Part shown: piece after piece, positions 9,043 to 18,140 of the stretch
How the letters are laid out: each line of letters begins with the position of its first letter
How positions within the stretch are numbered: position 1 is the stretch's first letter
Source: Thermoplasmata archaeon
GTDB taxonomy: Archaea > Thermoplasmatota > Thermoplasmata > Lutacidiplasmatales > UBA184
Assembly: GCA_030041175.1 (NCBI GenBank)
Contig: JASHOK010000006.1
Span: 7,710-71,709, forward strand
Direction: 5' to 3'
DNA: 64,000 nt
The notes under the pieces: generated by a model
The model's input: the letters and a program-made list of their open reading frames with translations, nothing else
What the model was told of the DNA's origin: nothing
Database searches by the model: none
Position numbers and translations under genes: made by a program

Positions 9043-9798
9043 GTGGTCGCCCGGGGGGAACGATTACTGTCGGCGCAGCTCGACGACTTAGAGCACGCGT
9101 GGACCGATGCGGTGGACCGGACGGTCGGGGAGGTGCGCAATTGGACCGTACTGTATTCGGGCGGCCTGGATTCCTCGTTGGTGGCGGCGAGCTTCCGCGA
9201 TCGCGCGAAAGTGGACCTGCTGACGGTGGGCGTACCCGGAAGTTCCGACCTCCGCGCGGCCGAGGAAGGCGCAAGGCTGCTCGGACTCCCGTGGCGCGGA
9301 CGTGAGGTGTTCGACGAGGACCTCCGACGAATAGTTGGGGAGAACGCTGAGGGGTTCGCCGCCCTATCGTCGCCCAGCCGCGCCGTCCTCGTCGGGCTTG
9401 CCCTTGGGTTGGATACGGCCCGGACTCGCTACGTAGCCTGCGGCCAGGGCGCCGACGAGCTGTTCCTCGGCTACGCCCATTTCGAGGGCACGTCCGACCT
9501 GGAGGCCGAACGCCGCCGCCGCGGGGACCTCGCCCGTTTGGTCGAGGAGGATTGGCCGTGCTCGCAGCAGTTGGCCGGGCGACATGCCCGAACCCTGGTC
9601 TCCCCGTTCTTGGAGCCCCGGTTCTTCCGGCATTACTCGAAACTCCCCATTCCGGAGCTGCGGAGTGGCCTCGACCGGAAGCATCTCCTGCGCCAGCTGG
9701 CCCGCTCGGTGGCGTTGCCGCCAGAACTGGTGGGTCGTCCCAAAAGGGCCTTCCAGTACGGGAGCGGTATCGAGAAGGCCCTTCGTCGCCTCGAGTAA
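9043..9798 (+). CDS. asparagine synthetase-like PP-loop ATPase (synthetase domain only)
   Basis: PP-loop VLYSGGLDSSLVAA followed by GQGADELFLGY. No N-terminal glutaminase domain (251 aa). Confidence 0.65.
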   Translation: MVARGERLLSAQLDDLEHAWTDAVDRTVGEVRNWTVLYSGGLDSSLVAASFRDRAKVDLLTVGVPGSSDLRAAEEGARLLGLPWRGREVFDEDLRRIVGENAEGFAALSSPSRAVLVGLALGLDTARTRYVACGQGADELFLGYAHFEGTSDLEAERRRRGDLARLVEEDWPCSQQLAGRHARTLVSPFLEPRFFRHYSKLPIPELRSGLDRKHLLRQLARSVALPPELVGRPKRAFQYGSGIEKALRRLE

Positions 9799-9811
9799 GG
9801 CGCCGGCACCA

Positions 9812-10768
9812 TCAGCCGGGCGAGATCCGGGTACCGGTTTCGTTGCGCATGGCCCGGCCCAGCGACGGAGGGTCGGTGATGATGGCCCTGCGGCCGCCGG
9901 ACCGGAGGAAGCTCAGTGCCGCTTCGACCTTCGGCCCCATGCTGCCATCAGCGAACTCCTTGCGCTCGAGGTATACCTGCATCTCCGACGCCGACACCTC
10001 GCCGAGCCATCGCTCCCACGGCTTGCGGAAGCCGATGGCCGCTGCCGGCACGTCCGTCAAGATCACCAGGGTGTCCGCCTGCAGCGTGGTCGCGACGATC
10101 GCGGCCGTCCGGTCCTTGTCGATGACGGCTTCGACGCCCTCAAACACCCCGCGGCCTCGCTCTACCACGGGGACCCCGCCCCCTCCGGTGACCACGGGAA
10201 CGACGTGGGCTCCCCAGTCGCGAGCGAGGAGCTTTTGCAGGCCATCTCCCTCGATCCACCGCCGGGGCGTCGGAGACGGGACGACGCGGCGCCAACCACC
10301 GCGGGCCCCATCGTACACCATCTGCCAGCCCTCCCGCTTTCGGAGGGCTCGCGCCTCGGCCTCGGTGTAGTACCGGCCTACGGGCTTGGAGGGATGGGCG
10401 AACGCCCGGTCGCGTGCGGAGACCACCGTCCTGCTGACGATCGATAGGACGGTCCGGGGGACGCGGGCCCGAACCAGGGCAGCGGTGAGTTCCTGCTCGA
10501 CGAGGTAGCCGATCTGGCCCTGGGTTTCCGCACCGAGGACATCCATCGGTCGTCGCGGCAGCTCATGTTCGGCCAGCTCGTTCTGACGCAAGAGCGTTCC
10601 CACCTGGGGCCCGTTCCCGTGCGTCACGATGAGTTCGTGGCCTTCCGCCACGAGCGCCGCGAGCGCCGTGGCAGTTGCACGCATCTGCGCAACCTGCTCT
10701 GGCCACGTGCCGTGGTCCCCGGCTCGTTGGAGCGCATTCCCGCCCAGCGCGACGACGACCCGACCCAT
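9812..10768 (-). CDS. arcC: carbamate kinase
   Basis: MGRVVVALGGNALQR, THGNGPQVG, GGGGVPVV and DKDRTAA are typical carbamate kinase motifs. Confidence 0.85.
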   Translation of the reverse strand: MGRVVVALGGNALQRAGDHGTWPEQVAQMRATATALAALVAEGHELIVTHGNGPQVGTLLRQNELAEHELPRRPMDVLGAETQGQIGYLVEQELTAALVRARVPRTVLSIVSRTVVSARDRAFAHPSKPVGRYYTEAEARALRKREGWQMVYDGARGGWRRVVPSPTPRRWIEGDGLQKLLARDWGAHVVPVVTGGGGVPVVERGRGVFEGVEAVIDKDRTAAIVATTLQADTLVILTDVPAAAIGFRKPWERWLGEVSASEMQVYLERKEFADGSMGPKVEAALSFLRSGGRRAIITDPPSLGRAMRNETGTRISPG

Positions 10769-10870
10769 GCTCGATCGCGTCCTCGAACGACCGTCGCGTC
10801 AGTATTAGTTGATGGTAAGATAGGCAACGCTTGCCCATCAAGCTCCGCGCATCGAGCTTGCGACAGCACG

Positions 10871-10879
10871 CATATATAG
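10871..10879 (+). promoter_or_regulatory. TATA-box-like element upstream of purB (leaderless arrangement)
   Basis: catatatag is centred about 26 nt upstream of the purB GTG at 10901, in an otherwise GC-rich context. Confidence 0.45.
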
Positions 10880-10900
10880 CCCGCTCCGGGTCCAAATCCT

Positions 10901-12268
10901 GTGACGGAGAGCACGGCGGACCTGCTCTGCCCGCTCGAATTCCGATACGGCCGGCCCGAGGTCCGGGCCCTTTTCTCCCGAGAGCGGCGGCTCCGGCGGG
11001 CTCTTCGAGTCGAGGCCGCCCTGGCCGAGACCGAGGCGGACCTCGGAATGATCCCGGCCAGTGCCGCAAGGGCGATCGCCACGGCGGCGGCCGGATCATC
11101 GGTCACGCTGGACGAGGTCGACCGGCTAGAAACGGAGCTACGACACGACGTGATGGCGATTGTTCGCGCCCTCGCCGCTCAGGCCGGAGAGGGGGGTGCC
11201 TGGGTCCACTTCGGGGCCACCTCCGGGGACATCACGGACACGGCTCTCGGGCTCGAGCTGCAGGAGTCCGTCGGGGTACTCCGGACAGATCTTACCGAAC
11301 TCGGCCGAGTGCTCACGACGCTCGCCCGGGCTCACCGGGCGACAGCTGAGGTCGGCCGCACCCACGGGCAGCACGCCGTTCCCATCAGTTTCGGCTACAA
11401 GATGGCCGTAGGAGCCGCCGAAGTCGTGCGGCACCGGGAGCGGCTGGACCAGCTCGCGGTCCGTCTCTGCGTCGGCAAGATGGCGGGCGCGGTCGGCACC
11501 GGGGCGGGTTTTGGAGCCAAGGCCGCCGAGGTCGAAGCGGGTACGATGAAACGTCTCGCACTCCGAGCCGACGAAGCCCCGACCCAGATCGTCGGACGGG
11601 ACCGCATTGCAGAGTTCACCAACTGGATGGCGCTCGTATCGGGAACTGTCGAACGGCTCGCCACCGAGGTACGGAATCTCCAGCGCACGGAGATCTCGGA
11701 GGTCCAGGAGCCGTTCGATGAGCGGCGGCAGGTTGGCAGTTCGACCATGGCCCAGAAGCGGAATCCAATGGCGTCCGAGAACGTCAGCTCCCTGGCCCGA
11801 CTCGTACGCGCATTCGCGCTTCCCCCACTCGAGAACATGGTCCAGTGGCACGAGCGAGACCTGGCCAACTCCGCGAATGAGCGGGTCGTGCTGCCGCACG
11901 CGGTCGTGCTGACGGACGATATCCTTCGGAAGCTCGCCGCCATCTTCGCCGGTCTGCACGTTGACTCGGCTCGGATGGCGGAGAACCTCCGCACGGGCGA
12001 GGGCGCGGTAATGGCCGAGAACCTGATGCTCGCGCTCACCGCTCGCGGGGTACCTCGGTCCGAGGCGCATGAACTCCTCCGGTCGCTCACCCGGGCCGAC
12101 GCCACCGGGGAGACCCTCGCCAGCCGGGCGAAGCAAAATCCGACGCTCCGCGCCCATTTCCAAGAGGCGGAGCTAGACCAGCTCCTGCTGCCCGACGCCT
12201 ACGTGCAGGCGGCGGCTGCGAAGACGGACCGTGTGATCTCCCGGCTCGAACGAGAACTGGGGTCGTGA
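10901..12268 (+). CDS. purB: adenylosuccinate lyase
   Basis: Fumarate-lyase superfamily signature GSSTMAQKRNP. N-terminus CPLEFRYGRPE and a length of 455 aa are typical of PurB. Confidence 0.9.
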   Translation: MTESTADLLCPLEFRYGRPEVRALFSRERRLRRALRVEAALAETEADLGMIPASAARAIATAAAGSSVTLDEVDRLETELRHDVMAIVRALAAQAGEGGAWVHFGATSGDITDTALGLELQESVGVLRTDLTELGRVLTTLARAHRATAEVGRTHGQHAVPISFGYKMAVGAAEVVRHRERLDQLAVRLCVGKMAGAVGTGAGFGAKAAEVEAGTMKRLALRADEAPTQIVGRDRIAEFTNWMALVSGTVERLATEVRNLQRTEISEVQEPFDERRQVGSSTMAQKRNPMASENVSSLARLVRAFALPPLENMVQWHERDLANSANERVVLPHAVVLTDDILRKLAAIFAGLHVDSARMAENLRTGEGAVMAENLMLALTARGVPRSEAHELLRSLTRADATGETLASRAKQNPTLRAHFQEAELDQLLLPDAYVQAAAAKTDRVISRLERELGS

Positions 12269-12573
12269 CCGGCCCTTCGCCCTGGACGGCACGAATCCGA
12301 GTCCGCCGAGCGAACCGCGCCGATGCCGACCGCATGGTGGGGGCGCTGGCCCCGGAGGTCGCCCGGGAAGTCCCCCGCACGAGGACTGAGCTGGTACGGG
12401 TCTCCGACCTGGAGGTCGAGCTCCGGATCGTAGCCGCGGACACCAGTGCGTGCCGGGCGGCACTCAACACCTACCTGGCCTGGGTCGGTTTGGTGCTGTC
12501 CACGGAGCGGGCCGCCCGGGGGTCCAACGGCCCGGCGGTGGTCGGCGTGTCCTCGAGCTCCCGAAGCCCTTAA
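12265..12573 (+). CDS. pcc1: KEOPS complex subunit Pcc1-like
   Basis: About 100 aa. ARIRVRRANRADADRMVGALAPE...LEVELRIVAADTSACRAALNTYLAWVGLV matches the Pcc1 pattern (D..alRAalNsylRW). 4-nt overlap with purB. Lies upstream of pfdB, as often in archaea. Confidence 0.6.
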   Translation: MTGPSPWTARIRVRRANRADADRMVGALAPEVAREVPRTRTELVRVSDLEVELRIVAADTSACRAALNTYLAWVGLVLSTERAARGSNGPAVVGVSSSSRSP

Positions 12574-12599
12574 GTGAGGTTCCCAGTCTGCGGCCGCCG

Positions 12600-12965
12600 A
12601 TGGCGCTGCCGGCGAAGCTGCAGAACGAGATCCGTCAGTACCAGCGGCTCCAACAAGACCTGAGCCAGATCAGCCAGCAGCGGATGCAGATCGACCTCAA
12701 ACTCCGCGAGACGACCCACACCCTCGACGAACTCAAGGCCGTCCCGGAGGACGCGGTCATCTATCGTCCGATCGGCGGTCTCATGGTCAAGGCGCGGAGC
12801 AAGAAGGAGGTCGTCGACCTCCTGACCGATGACAAGGAGACGCTCGAGGTCCGCGTGAAGGCGCTGGAGCGAAACGAGAACCAGCTCAAGGAACGCTATA
12901 CGACGATGACCAAGGAGCTCTCCGACGCTCTCCAGGCCGCCGGGGTCTCTCCGTCGTCCTCCTGA
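12600..12965 (+). CDS. pfdB: prefoldin beta subunit
   Basis: Internal ATG at 12600. LQNEIRQYQRLQQDLSQISQQRMQIDLKLRETTHTLDEL...VIYRPIGGLMVKA...LEVRVKALERNENQLKE shows the coiled-coil / hairpin / coiled-coil layout of PfdB. Confidence 0.8.
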   Translation: MALPAKLQNEIRQYQRLQQDLSQISQQRMQIDLKLRETTHTLDELKAVPEDAVIYRPIGGLMVKARSKKEVVDLLTDDKETLEVRVKALERNENQLKERYTTMTKELSDALQAAGVSPSSS

Positions 12966-12986
12966 TCGGTCCGGGGACCTGTGCGG

Positions 12987-14051
12987 TCACATCGACCGGC
13001 GGATGAGCCGGTCACCGACCTCTGAGAGAAGCTTCTTCCCACCCGGTCGAATCGCGCGAGAGGCACGGAGGCGGGCGAAAGCCCGGTCCGACAGTTCGCG
13101 GATCTTCGACTCCGAGTAGGCGAGACTTCCAGTGGAGCGGAGGAGCTCGCGCGCCGCTCCGACGCGGGCCGTTGACGCGGAGGGATTTCCCAGCACCTCC
13201 TGTAGTAGCGCGCGGCCGAGGGGGTCCGCGCGGGCCCACGCATGGACGACCAGGAGCGTTCGCTTGCCCTCGATGAGATCGTTCGCGCTCTTGCCGATGT
13301 CTCCCTCGGCCAGTCCGGCACCGAGCACATCGTCGCGGAGCTGGAAAGCGATACCCAGGTCAGTCCCGAACTCGCCCAGCTCGCTCAACAGGCGCGGGTC
13401 GGCGCCGCCCAGTATGGCTCCAATCCTCAGGGGGCCCGAGACGGTGTATTCGGCGGTCTTCCGACGATGCACCTCGAGCACGTCCTCCTCGCGTACCCGC
13501 TCGACGGGGAGGACTCCGTTCCGGATGTCGAGGAGCTGTCCGTAGGCGGTTTCGCGCGTCATCCGCACGTACTCGCCCAACGCCTTCTGCTTGAGCTGCG
13601 CCGAGCCCGGACCCTTCAGCAGGGCCGCCACGACGAACGGTTCTTGGAGATCGCCGACGGTGATTCCCAGCCCGACCCCGTAGTCGGAGCTCGGTCCGAG
13701 GAGCCCCTCCTCAACGTGCTGGGCGGCCAGCCGCCGGTGGACGGCCGGCCCGCCGCGCCGCTCCTCGGCGTGGTCGATGATGTCGTCGTGGATGAGCATC
13801 CAACTCTGGAAGTGTTCGATGGCGGCGGCCGCACTCAAGGCCGCTCCGGGTTCCCGGCCCGTAGCGACGTAGTACCCGCCCAAGACGAGGAGGGCCCGGA
13901 GACGCTTCCCTCCGCGGAGCGTGAACTCCTCGAGGATGTCTAGGGCCAGTCGCGCGGAGGGCGTTGTCTCGGCGGTCTTCGCGGATTCGTAGGCGTCTTT
14001 GACCTCGGCCTCGATGCGAGGAAGCCACTTGGCCAGCCGGTCGAACTCCAC
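12987..14051 (-). CDS. polyprenyl (geranylgeranyl-type) diphosphate synthase
   Basis: FARM MLIHDDIIDH and SARM FQLRDDVLG. Start moved to GTG 14051 (VEFDRLAKWL) because a TATA-like box lies about 26 nt upstream and the longer track ORF overlaps the divergent gene. Confidence 0.85.
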   Translation of the reverse strand: MEFDRLAKWLPRIEAEVKDAYESAKTAETTPSARLALDILEEFTLRGGKRLRALLVLGGYYVATGREPGAALSAAAAIEHFQSWMLIHDDIIDHAEERRGGPAVHRRLAAQHVEEGLLGPSSDYGVGLGITVGDLQEPFVVAALLKGPGSAQLKQKALGEYVRMTRETAYGQLLDIRNGVLPVERVREEDVLEVHRRKTAEYTVSGPLRIGAILGGADPRLLSELGEFGTDLGIAFQLRDDVLGAGLAEGDIGKSANDLIEGKRTLLVVHAWARADPLGRALLQEVLGNPSASTARVGAARELLRSTGSLAYSESKIRELSDRAFARLRASRAIRPGGKKLLSEVGDRLIRRSM

Positions 14052-14071
14052 GTCCGCGCCTCGACGGGGGA

Positions 14072-14081
14072 GTATATTTAA
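14072..14081 (-). promoter_or_regulatory. TATA-box-like element upstream of the polyprenyl synthase gene
   Basis: gtatatttaa (minus strand ttaaatatac) is centred about 26 nt upstream of GTG 14051. It is the only AT-rich patch in the 39-bp divergent spacer. Confidence 0.4.
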
Positions 14082-14090
14082 CCTCGGGAC

Positions 14091-15206
14091 GTGGCCGACG
14101 GCGTGGCGAGCCCGGCCTTCAGCGAGCTGGTCGGTCAACTGACCGAGGCATTCGGGCAACGCGTGGAGGCCATGCGGCCGACCGACGAGGGCTTCCTGCT
14201 GAAGACCTCGGACGACTTCCTCTACGCGTTCCTGGAGGACCCGGCGCAGGTCTCGCTCGCGTCCGTGCAGCGCCTGCTGCACGAGGCTGCCGACCGGCCC
14301 TCCCGTCTGGTCGTCTTCTCTCCCGGACGGCTGCCACTCGCGCTGACCGCGGAAGTGACGTCGAAGGGAGCGACGGTGGTCGATGGCGGCCGATTCAAGG
14401 AGCTTGTGACCGGCCTCAATCTGGGTAGCTACCTCGGAGAGGAACCGCGTGCGACCGGCCTCCGTCCGCCCGCCCGACAGCTGCCGAGCGCCCGGCAGCT
14501 CGACGAGATCGTGGTCCGGGCCCGCACCTGGTTGGAGTGGGGAGTCCCCGCGCTCGCGCTACGATTCTTCCGTCAAGCCCTCGAACTCAAGCCCGAATTT
14601 GCCCCGGCCCGGAACGGGGTAGCGAAGTCCCTCCTCGCACTCGGACTCCTACCGGATGCCCAGAAGATCTTTCGAGAGGTACTGGAAGCGTCCCCGGACA
14701 ATCTCGAAGCCCGGATGGGGCTGGGGGCCGTCGCCGGGGCTGCGGGCAAGCCTGGTGAGGAGATCGCGATCTACCGCAGGCTGATCGAGGAGGACCCTAC
14801 TCGAACCGAAGTGCGGGCCCATCTGGTCGCGGCCTTGATCGACGCGAGCCGATGGACCGAGGTGCCGCCGGAGCTCAAGCAGATGCTGGTCGCTACGCCC
14901 GAGGATGCCCGGCTCCGGTTCCTCCACGGTGCCGCCTTGCAGAAGATCGGCAACGAGGCCGAGGGGCGGCGGGAGATGGAACGCGCGCGCGGTCTCGGCC
15001 TCGAGTTCGAGACAGAACGCGCGCTGTGTTCGCATCTGGGCCTGCCCGTGCCGAAGAGGCCAGAAGCGCCGGTAGGAATCCCACCCGGTACCGTTCCCCC
15101 CCCGAGAGCGCGGCGGAGCCGGCGGGCCGCACGGACCTCGACTCGCAAAGCCTCGGGTCGCCCGAGCCCGCGTCGGCGTCCTCCGCGCCAGCGCAAGGCT
15201 AAGTAG
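14091..15206 (+). CDS. TPR-repeat protein with unknown N-terminal domain and basic C-terminal tail
   Basis: Repeated 34-residue A/L/P-rich units (ALRFFRQALELKPEFAPARNGVAKSLLALGLLPDAQKIFREVLEASPDNLEARMGLG...). C-terminus is R/K/P-rich. Confidence 0.6.
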   Translation: MADGVASPAFSELVGQLTEAFGQRVEAMRPTDEGFLLKTSDDFLYAFLEDPAQVSLASVQRLLHEAADRPSRLVVFSPGRLPLALTAEVTSKGATVVDGGRFKELVTGLNLGSYLGEEPRATGLRPPARQLPSARQLDEIVVRARTWLEWGVPALALRFFRQALELKPEFAPARNGVAKSLLALGLLPDAQKIFREVLEASPDNLEARMGLGAVAGAAGKPGEEIAIYRRLIEEDPTRTEVRAHLVAALIDASRWTEVPPELKQMLVATPEDARLRFLHGAALQKIGNEAEGRREMERARGLGLEFETERALCSHLGLPVPKRPEAPVGIPPGTVPPPRARRSRRAARTSTRKASGRPSPRRRPPRQRKAK

Positions 15207-15273
15207 CGCAGCTTCCAGCGCCCTGCCAGGCGTCCATCGGCCCTAAGAATCCCGCGGGGTTCGCAGGTAAACC

Positions 15274-15963
15274 ATGGGTTGGACCAGCTCGTCGCCCGCG
15301 TATCGGTACTCGTACACGGTCGGACCCCCAACCGTGCACAGGACCTCAACGTCGCGAACGGAGGTCCTCCATCTTTCGATTGCCTACCTCGTATTGACTT
15401 TCGACATCATGCTCCTCCTGGGCGGGCCCTATTTTTTCACAGGTCCCGTACTCGTCTACCTCGCGATCGGCGCCTCCGCCGCCTTAACCGGATTCGTCGC
15501 CCACGAGATGGCGCACAAGGTGGTCGCCCAGATGAGCGGTTACTGGGCCGAGTTCCGCCTCTCTCCGTTCGGGCTCGTGCTCTCCGTGATCACTGCCGCG
15601 GTTGGGTTCCTGTTCGCGGCCCCGGGGGCCACGATGATCGGGGGCATGGGGTCGGTACGGGACTGGGGGCGGACGAGCCTTGCAGGGCCGATGACCAACT
15701 TCGCGTTCGCGCTCGCGTTCACGGGAGCCGCTGCCGCGTTAACGGCCTCGGTGACGCTCGCGTACGCGGCGGGGACCGTTCTCTTCATCGGATTCATCAA
15801 TACGTGGTTCGCGACGTTCAACATGATCCCCGTGGGGCCGCTCGACGGGGCCAAAGTGTTCCGCTGGAGCCGTACGACTTGGGCGGTCTGCTTTGTCGCG
15901 TTCGCGGCGCTGGCCGGCAGTCTGGGATACTTCGTGTACGTGGCCGGTGTGACCTCATTCTGA
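15274..15963 (+). CDS. M50-family (site-2 protease-like) membrane metalloprotease
   Basis: HEMAHK zinc motif inside a TM helix, multiple TM segments, and NMIPVGPLDG (the NxxPxxxLDG motif of S2P). Confidence 0.7.
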   Translation: MGWTSSSPAYRYSYTVGPPTVHRTSTSRTEVLHLSIAYLVLTFDIMLLLGGPYFFTGPVLVYLAIGASAALTGFVAHEMAHKVVAQMSGYWAEFRLSPFGLVLSVITAAVGFLFAAPGATMIGGMGSVRDWGRTSLAGPMTNFAFALAFTGAAAALTASVTLAYAAGTVLFIGFINTWFATFNMIPVGPLDGAKVFRWSRTTWAVCFVAFAALAGSLGYFVYVAGVTSF

Positions 15964-15972
15964 GAGGGTCGG

Positions 15973-16899
15973 ATGTCCCGCGTCCGTGTCGAGGACCTCG
16001 GGTCCAACCGTTTCCAGATCGACCTGGACTTTCGCGACGTGGAGGGCTTGATCGCGAGCTATCTCCTACCGGACGAGGAGGGCTGGACCCTCGTGGAAAC
16101 CGGTCCGGCCTCCTGCAGAGAACGCCTAGCACAGGGTCTGGCGGCCGCGGGCATCGAGACGGCAGACGTCCGGCGGGTATTCGTGACGCATATTCACCTC
16201 GACCACGCGGGTGGCCTTGGGGCCGTGGCCGATCTACTGCCGCGGGCCCGGCTCTACGTCCACCGGGAAGGACTGGAGCACATGGTCGACCCGACTCGCC
16301 TGATTGCAAGCGCGCGTCGCGCCTGGGGTGCGGCGGCCGACCCGTTGTGGGGACCCATTCTGCCCGTGCGGCCCGACCGACTCGTCCCGTTGGTCGGTGG
16401 CGAAACCTTCGCCCTGCGCGATGGACCCCTCGAGGTACTTCCCACGCCCGGCCACGCCCGGCACCACCTCGCGTTCTTTGACGTCCGAACTCGGTCGATG
16501 TTGACGGGCGACGCGGCCGGGGTCCACCTGGCCGGTACCGGAGCCGTTCGCCCGGCCCTCCCTCCCCCGGATCTGGACTTGGAGGCTCTGCTGGAGAGCG
16601 TGGAGCGAATGCTAGAGAAACGGCCGGATCGTCTACTCTATACCCACTTCGGTCCTCGAGAGGGTGGTTCGGCCGCCCTCGCGGAGTATCCCCAGCTGGT
16701 GCTGCGCTGGAAGGAGGTGGCGCTCCGCGCAGCGCGGGAAGACCCTACGGTCGACCACGTTGCCTCCGAGCTCGCCAAAGATGCGCGGGATCGGATCGGT
16801 GGCAGCAACGACGATCCCCGACCCGACCTGATCTCTGGGACAGCGATGGCTGCGCAAGGCCTGCTCCGGTACTTCCGTACGCGAGGTCTGATCTCCTGA
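15973..16899 (+). CDS. MBL-fold metallo-hydrolase
   Basis: THIHLDHAGG (HxHxDH) plus downstream TPGHARHH. Confidence 0.8.
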   Translation: MSRVRVEDLGSNRFQIDLDFRDVEGLIASYLLPDEEGWTLVETGPASCRERLAQGLAAAGIETADVRRVFVTHIHLDHAGGLGAVADLLPRARLYVHREGLEHMVDPTRLIASARRAWGAAADPLWGPILPVRPDRLVPLVGGETFALRDGPLEVLPTPGHARHHLAFFDVRTRSMLTGDAAGVHLAGTGAVRPALPPPDLDLEALLESVERMLEKRPDRLLYTHFGPREGGSAALAEYPQLVLRWKEVALRAAREDPTVDHVASELAKDARDRIGGSNDDPRPDLISGTAMAAQGLLRYFRTRGLIS

Positions 16900-16988
16900 C
16901 GACGCGCGAAGATTTCGTCGGTCCTGAGCTGAGGCCGGCGCTCGCCCTCTTCGGCGCCAGGGTCGTCTACGCCTTCAACTGGTACAAC

Positions 16989-18140
16989 GTGGGGGCACTT
17001 CTTCCCCTCATTGGGGCCACTTTCGCCGCCAATACCGCCCAGCTCAACGTGGTCCTGGCAGCGTTCCTCGTCGGGGTGGGAATCTTTCAGGTTCCCGCGG
17101 GATTTCTCGACCTCCGCTGGGGGTCCCGGCGGACGGCGCTTGCGGGTTTGGTGCTGATGGGCGCAGCCTCTCTCGCCTCCGCGTTCTCCGGGACGCTCGT
17201 CGAACTGATCCTGCTCCGTTTCTTCGCGGGGGTCGGAGCAGCGTTCTTCTTCTCACCGGCGCTCAGCCTTGTCGCGTCCTACTTCCCGCCCGGCCGACGG
17301 GGGCCGATCATCGGTCTCTACAACGGAGGATTCAGTCTCGGTGGCGCCATCGGCGTCACTGCCGGTGCGGCGATCGGGCTCCGGTTTGGATGGCCGTTCG
17401 CGCTCGGCGTCGGTGGCGTGGGCCTCCTGATCATGGCGGTGTACAATTGGTATGCGTTACCGGAAGGCCCCGTCCGGGCGGTCGCGGCCGACGTGGCTCA
17501 GCGATGGACGGTGGCGAAGTCGATCTTCCGGTCCCGGTCGATCTGGATGCTCTCCCTCGGGTTTGCCGGCTTCTGGGCGGCGGTTTATGTGGTCGCCCAA
17601 GACTATGTCAAGTTCGCCCATGTCGTCCACGCGGCCTGGGGAATCCAGACTGCGGCGGACGTCGCCACGATTTTCATTCTCGCCTCGTTCCCGGGGGGTC
17701 TCCTTGGCGGCTGGATCGCCGAACGCGGCTCGGACCGGCGAGCCCTGCTAGCGCTCTTCGGCGTCGCCGTTGGACTCTTGATCGCGGCGATTCCGTACCT
17801 CGGACTGTACGCGACGGCAGGGGTCTTTGTGGTCGCGGGCCTGTTTGACGGAGTTGTGTTTGCGATCCTCTATCTCGTGCCCTCCTACCTGCCGGAGAGC
17901 CACGGCGCCGGCCTCGCCCTGGCTATCGCAGTGATCAACTCGATTCAGGTGCTCCTCGGCAGCATCATCGCCGTCGTCTTTGGGGTCGTGGCGTTCGACT
18001 CCGGGTTCACCGTGGCCTGGATCTTCGCGGGGCTGCTCACGATCGGGCTGGTCCCACTCGTACTCTTCGTGGTGCCGAATCGGGCCGGTCCCGCGGTCGC
18101 CGCGCCGGCGAGGGCGGTGGACGCTCCTACGTCGAAGTGA
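16989..18140 (+). CDS. MFS transporter (true start probably upstream of 16989)
   Basis: About 12 TM segments with an MFS loop DLRWGSRRT. In-frame upstream sequence RPALALFGARVVYAFNWYN looks like TM1 but has no ATG/GTG/TTG. Confidence 0.75.
   Translation: MGALLPLIGATFAANTAQLNVVLAAFLVGVGIFQVPAGFLDLRWGSRRTALAGLVLMGAASLASAFSGTLVELILLRFFAGVGAAFFFSPALSLVASYFPPGRRGPIIGLYNGGFSLGGAIGVTAGAAIGLRFGWPFALGVGGVGLLIMAVYNWYALPEGPVRAVAADVAQRWTVAKSIFRSRSIWMLSLGFAGFWAAVYVVAQDYVKFAHVVHAAWGIQTAADVATIFILASFPGGLLGGWIAERGSDRRALLALFGVAVGLLIAAIPYLGLYATAGVFVVAGLFDGVVFAILYLVPSYLPESHGAGLALAIAVINSIQVLLGSIIAVVFGVVAFDSGFTVAWIFAGLLTIGLVPLVLFVVPNRAGPAVAAPARAVDAPTSK

Noticed and set aside
15279-16481. 400-aa plus-strand ORF in an alternative frame across the M50 protease and MBL hydrolase genes
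   Set aside because: The product is R/G/P-rich. The two annotated frames have HExxH and HxHxDH motifs respectively.
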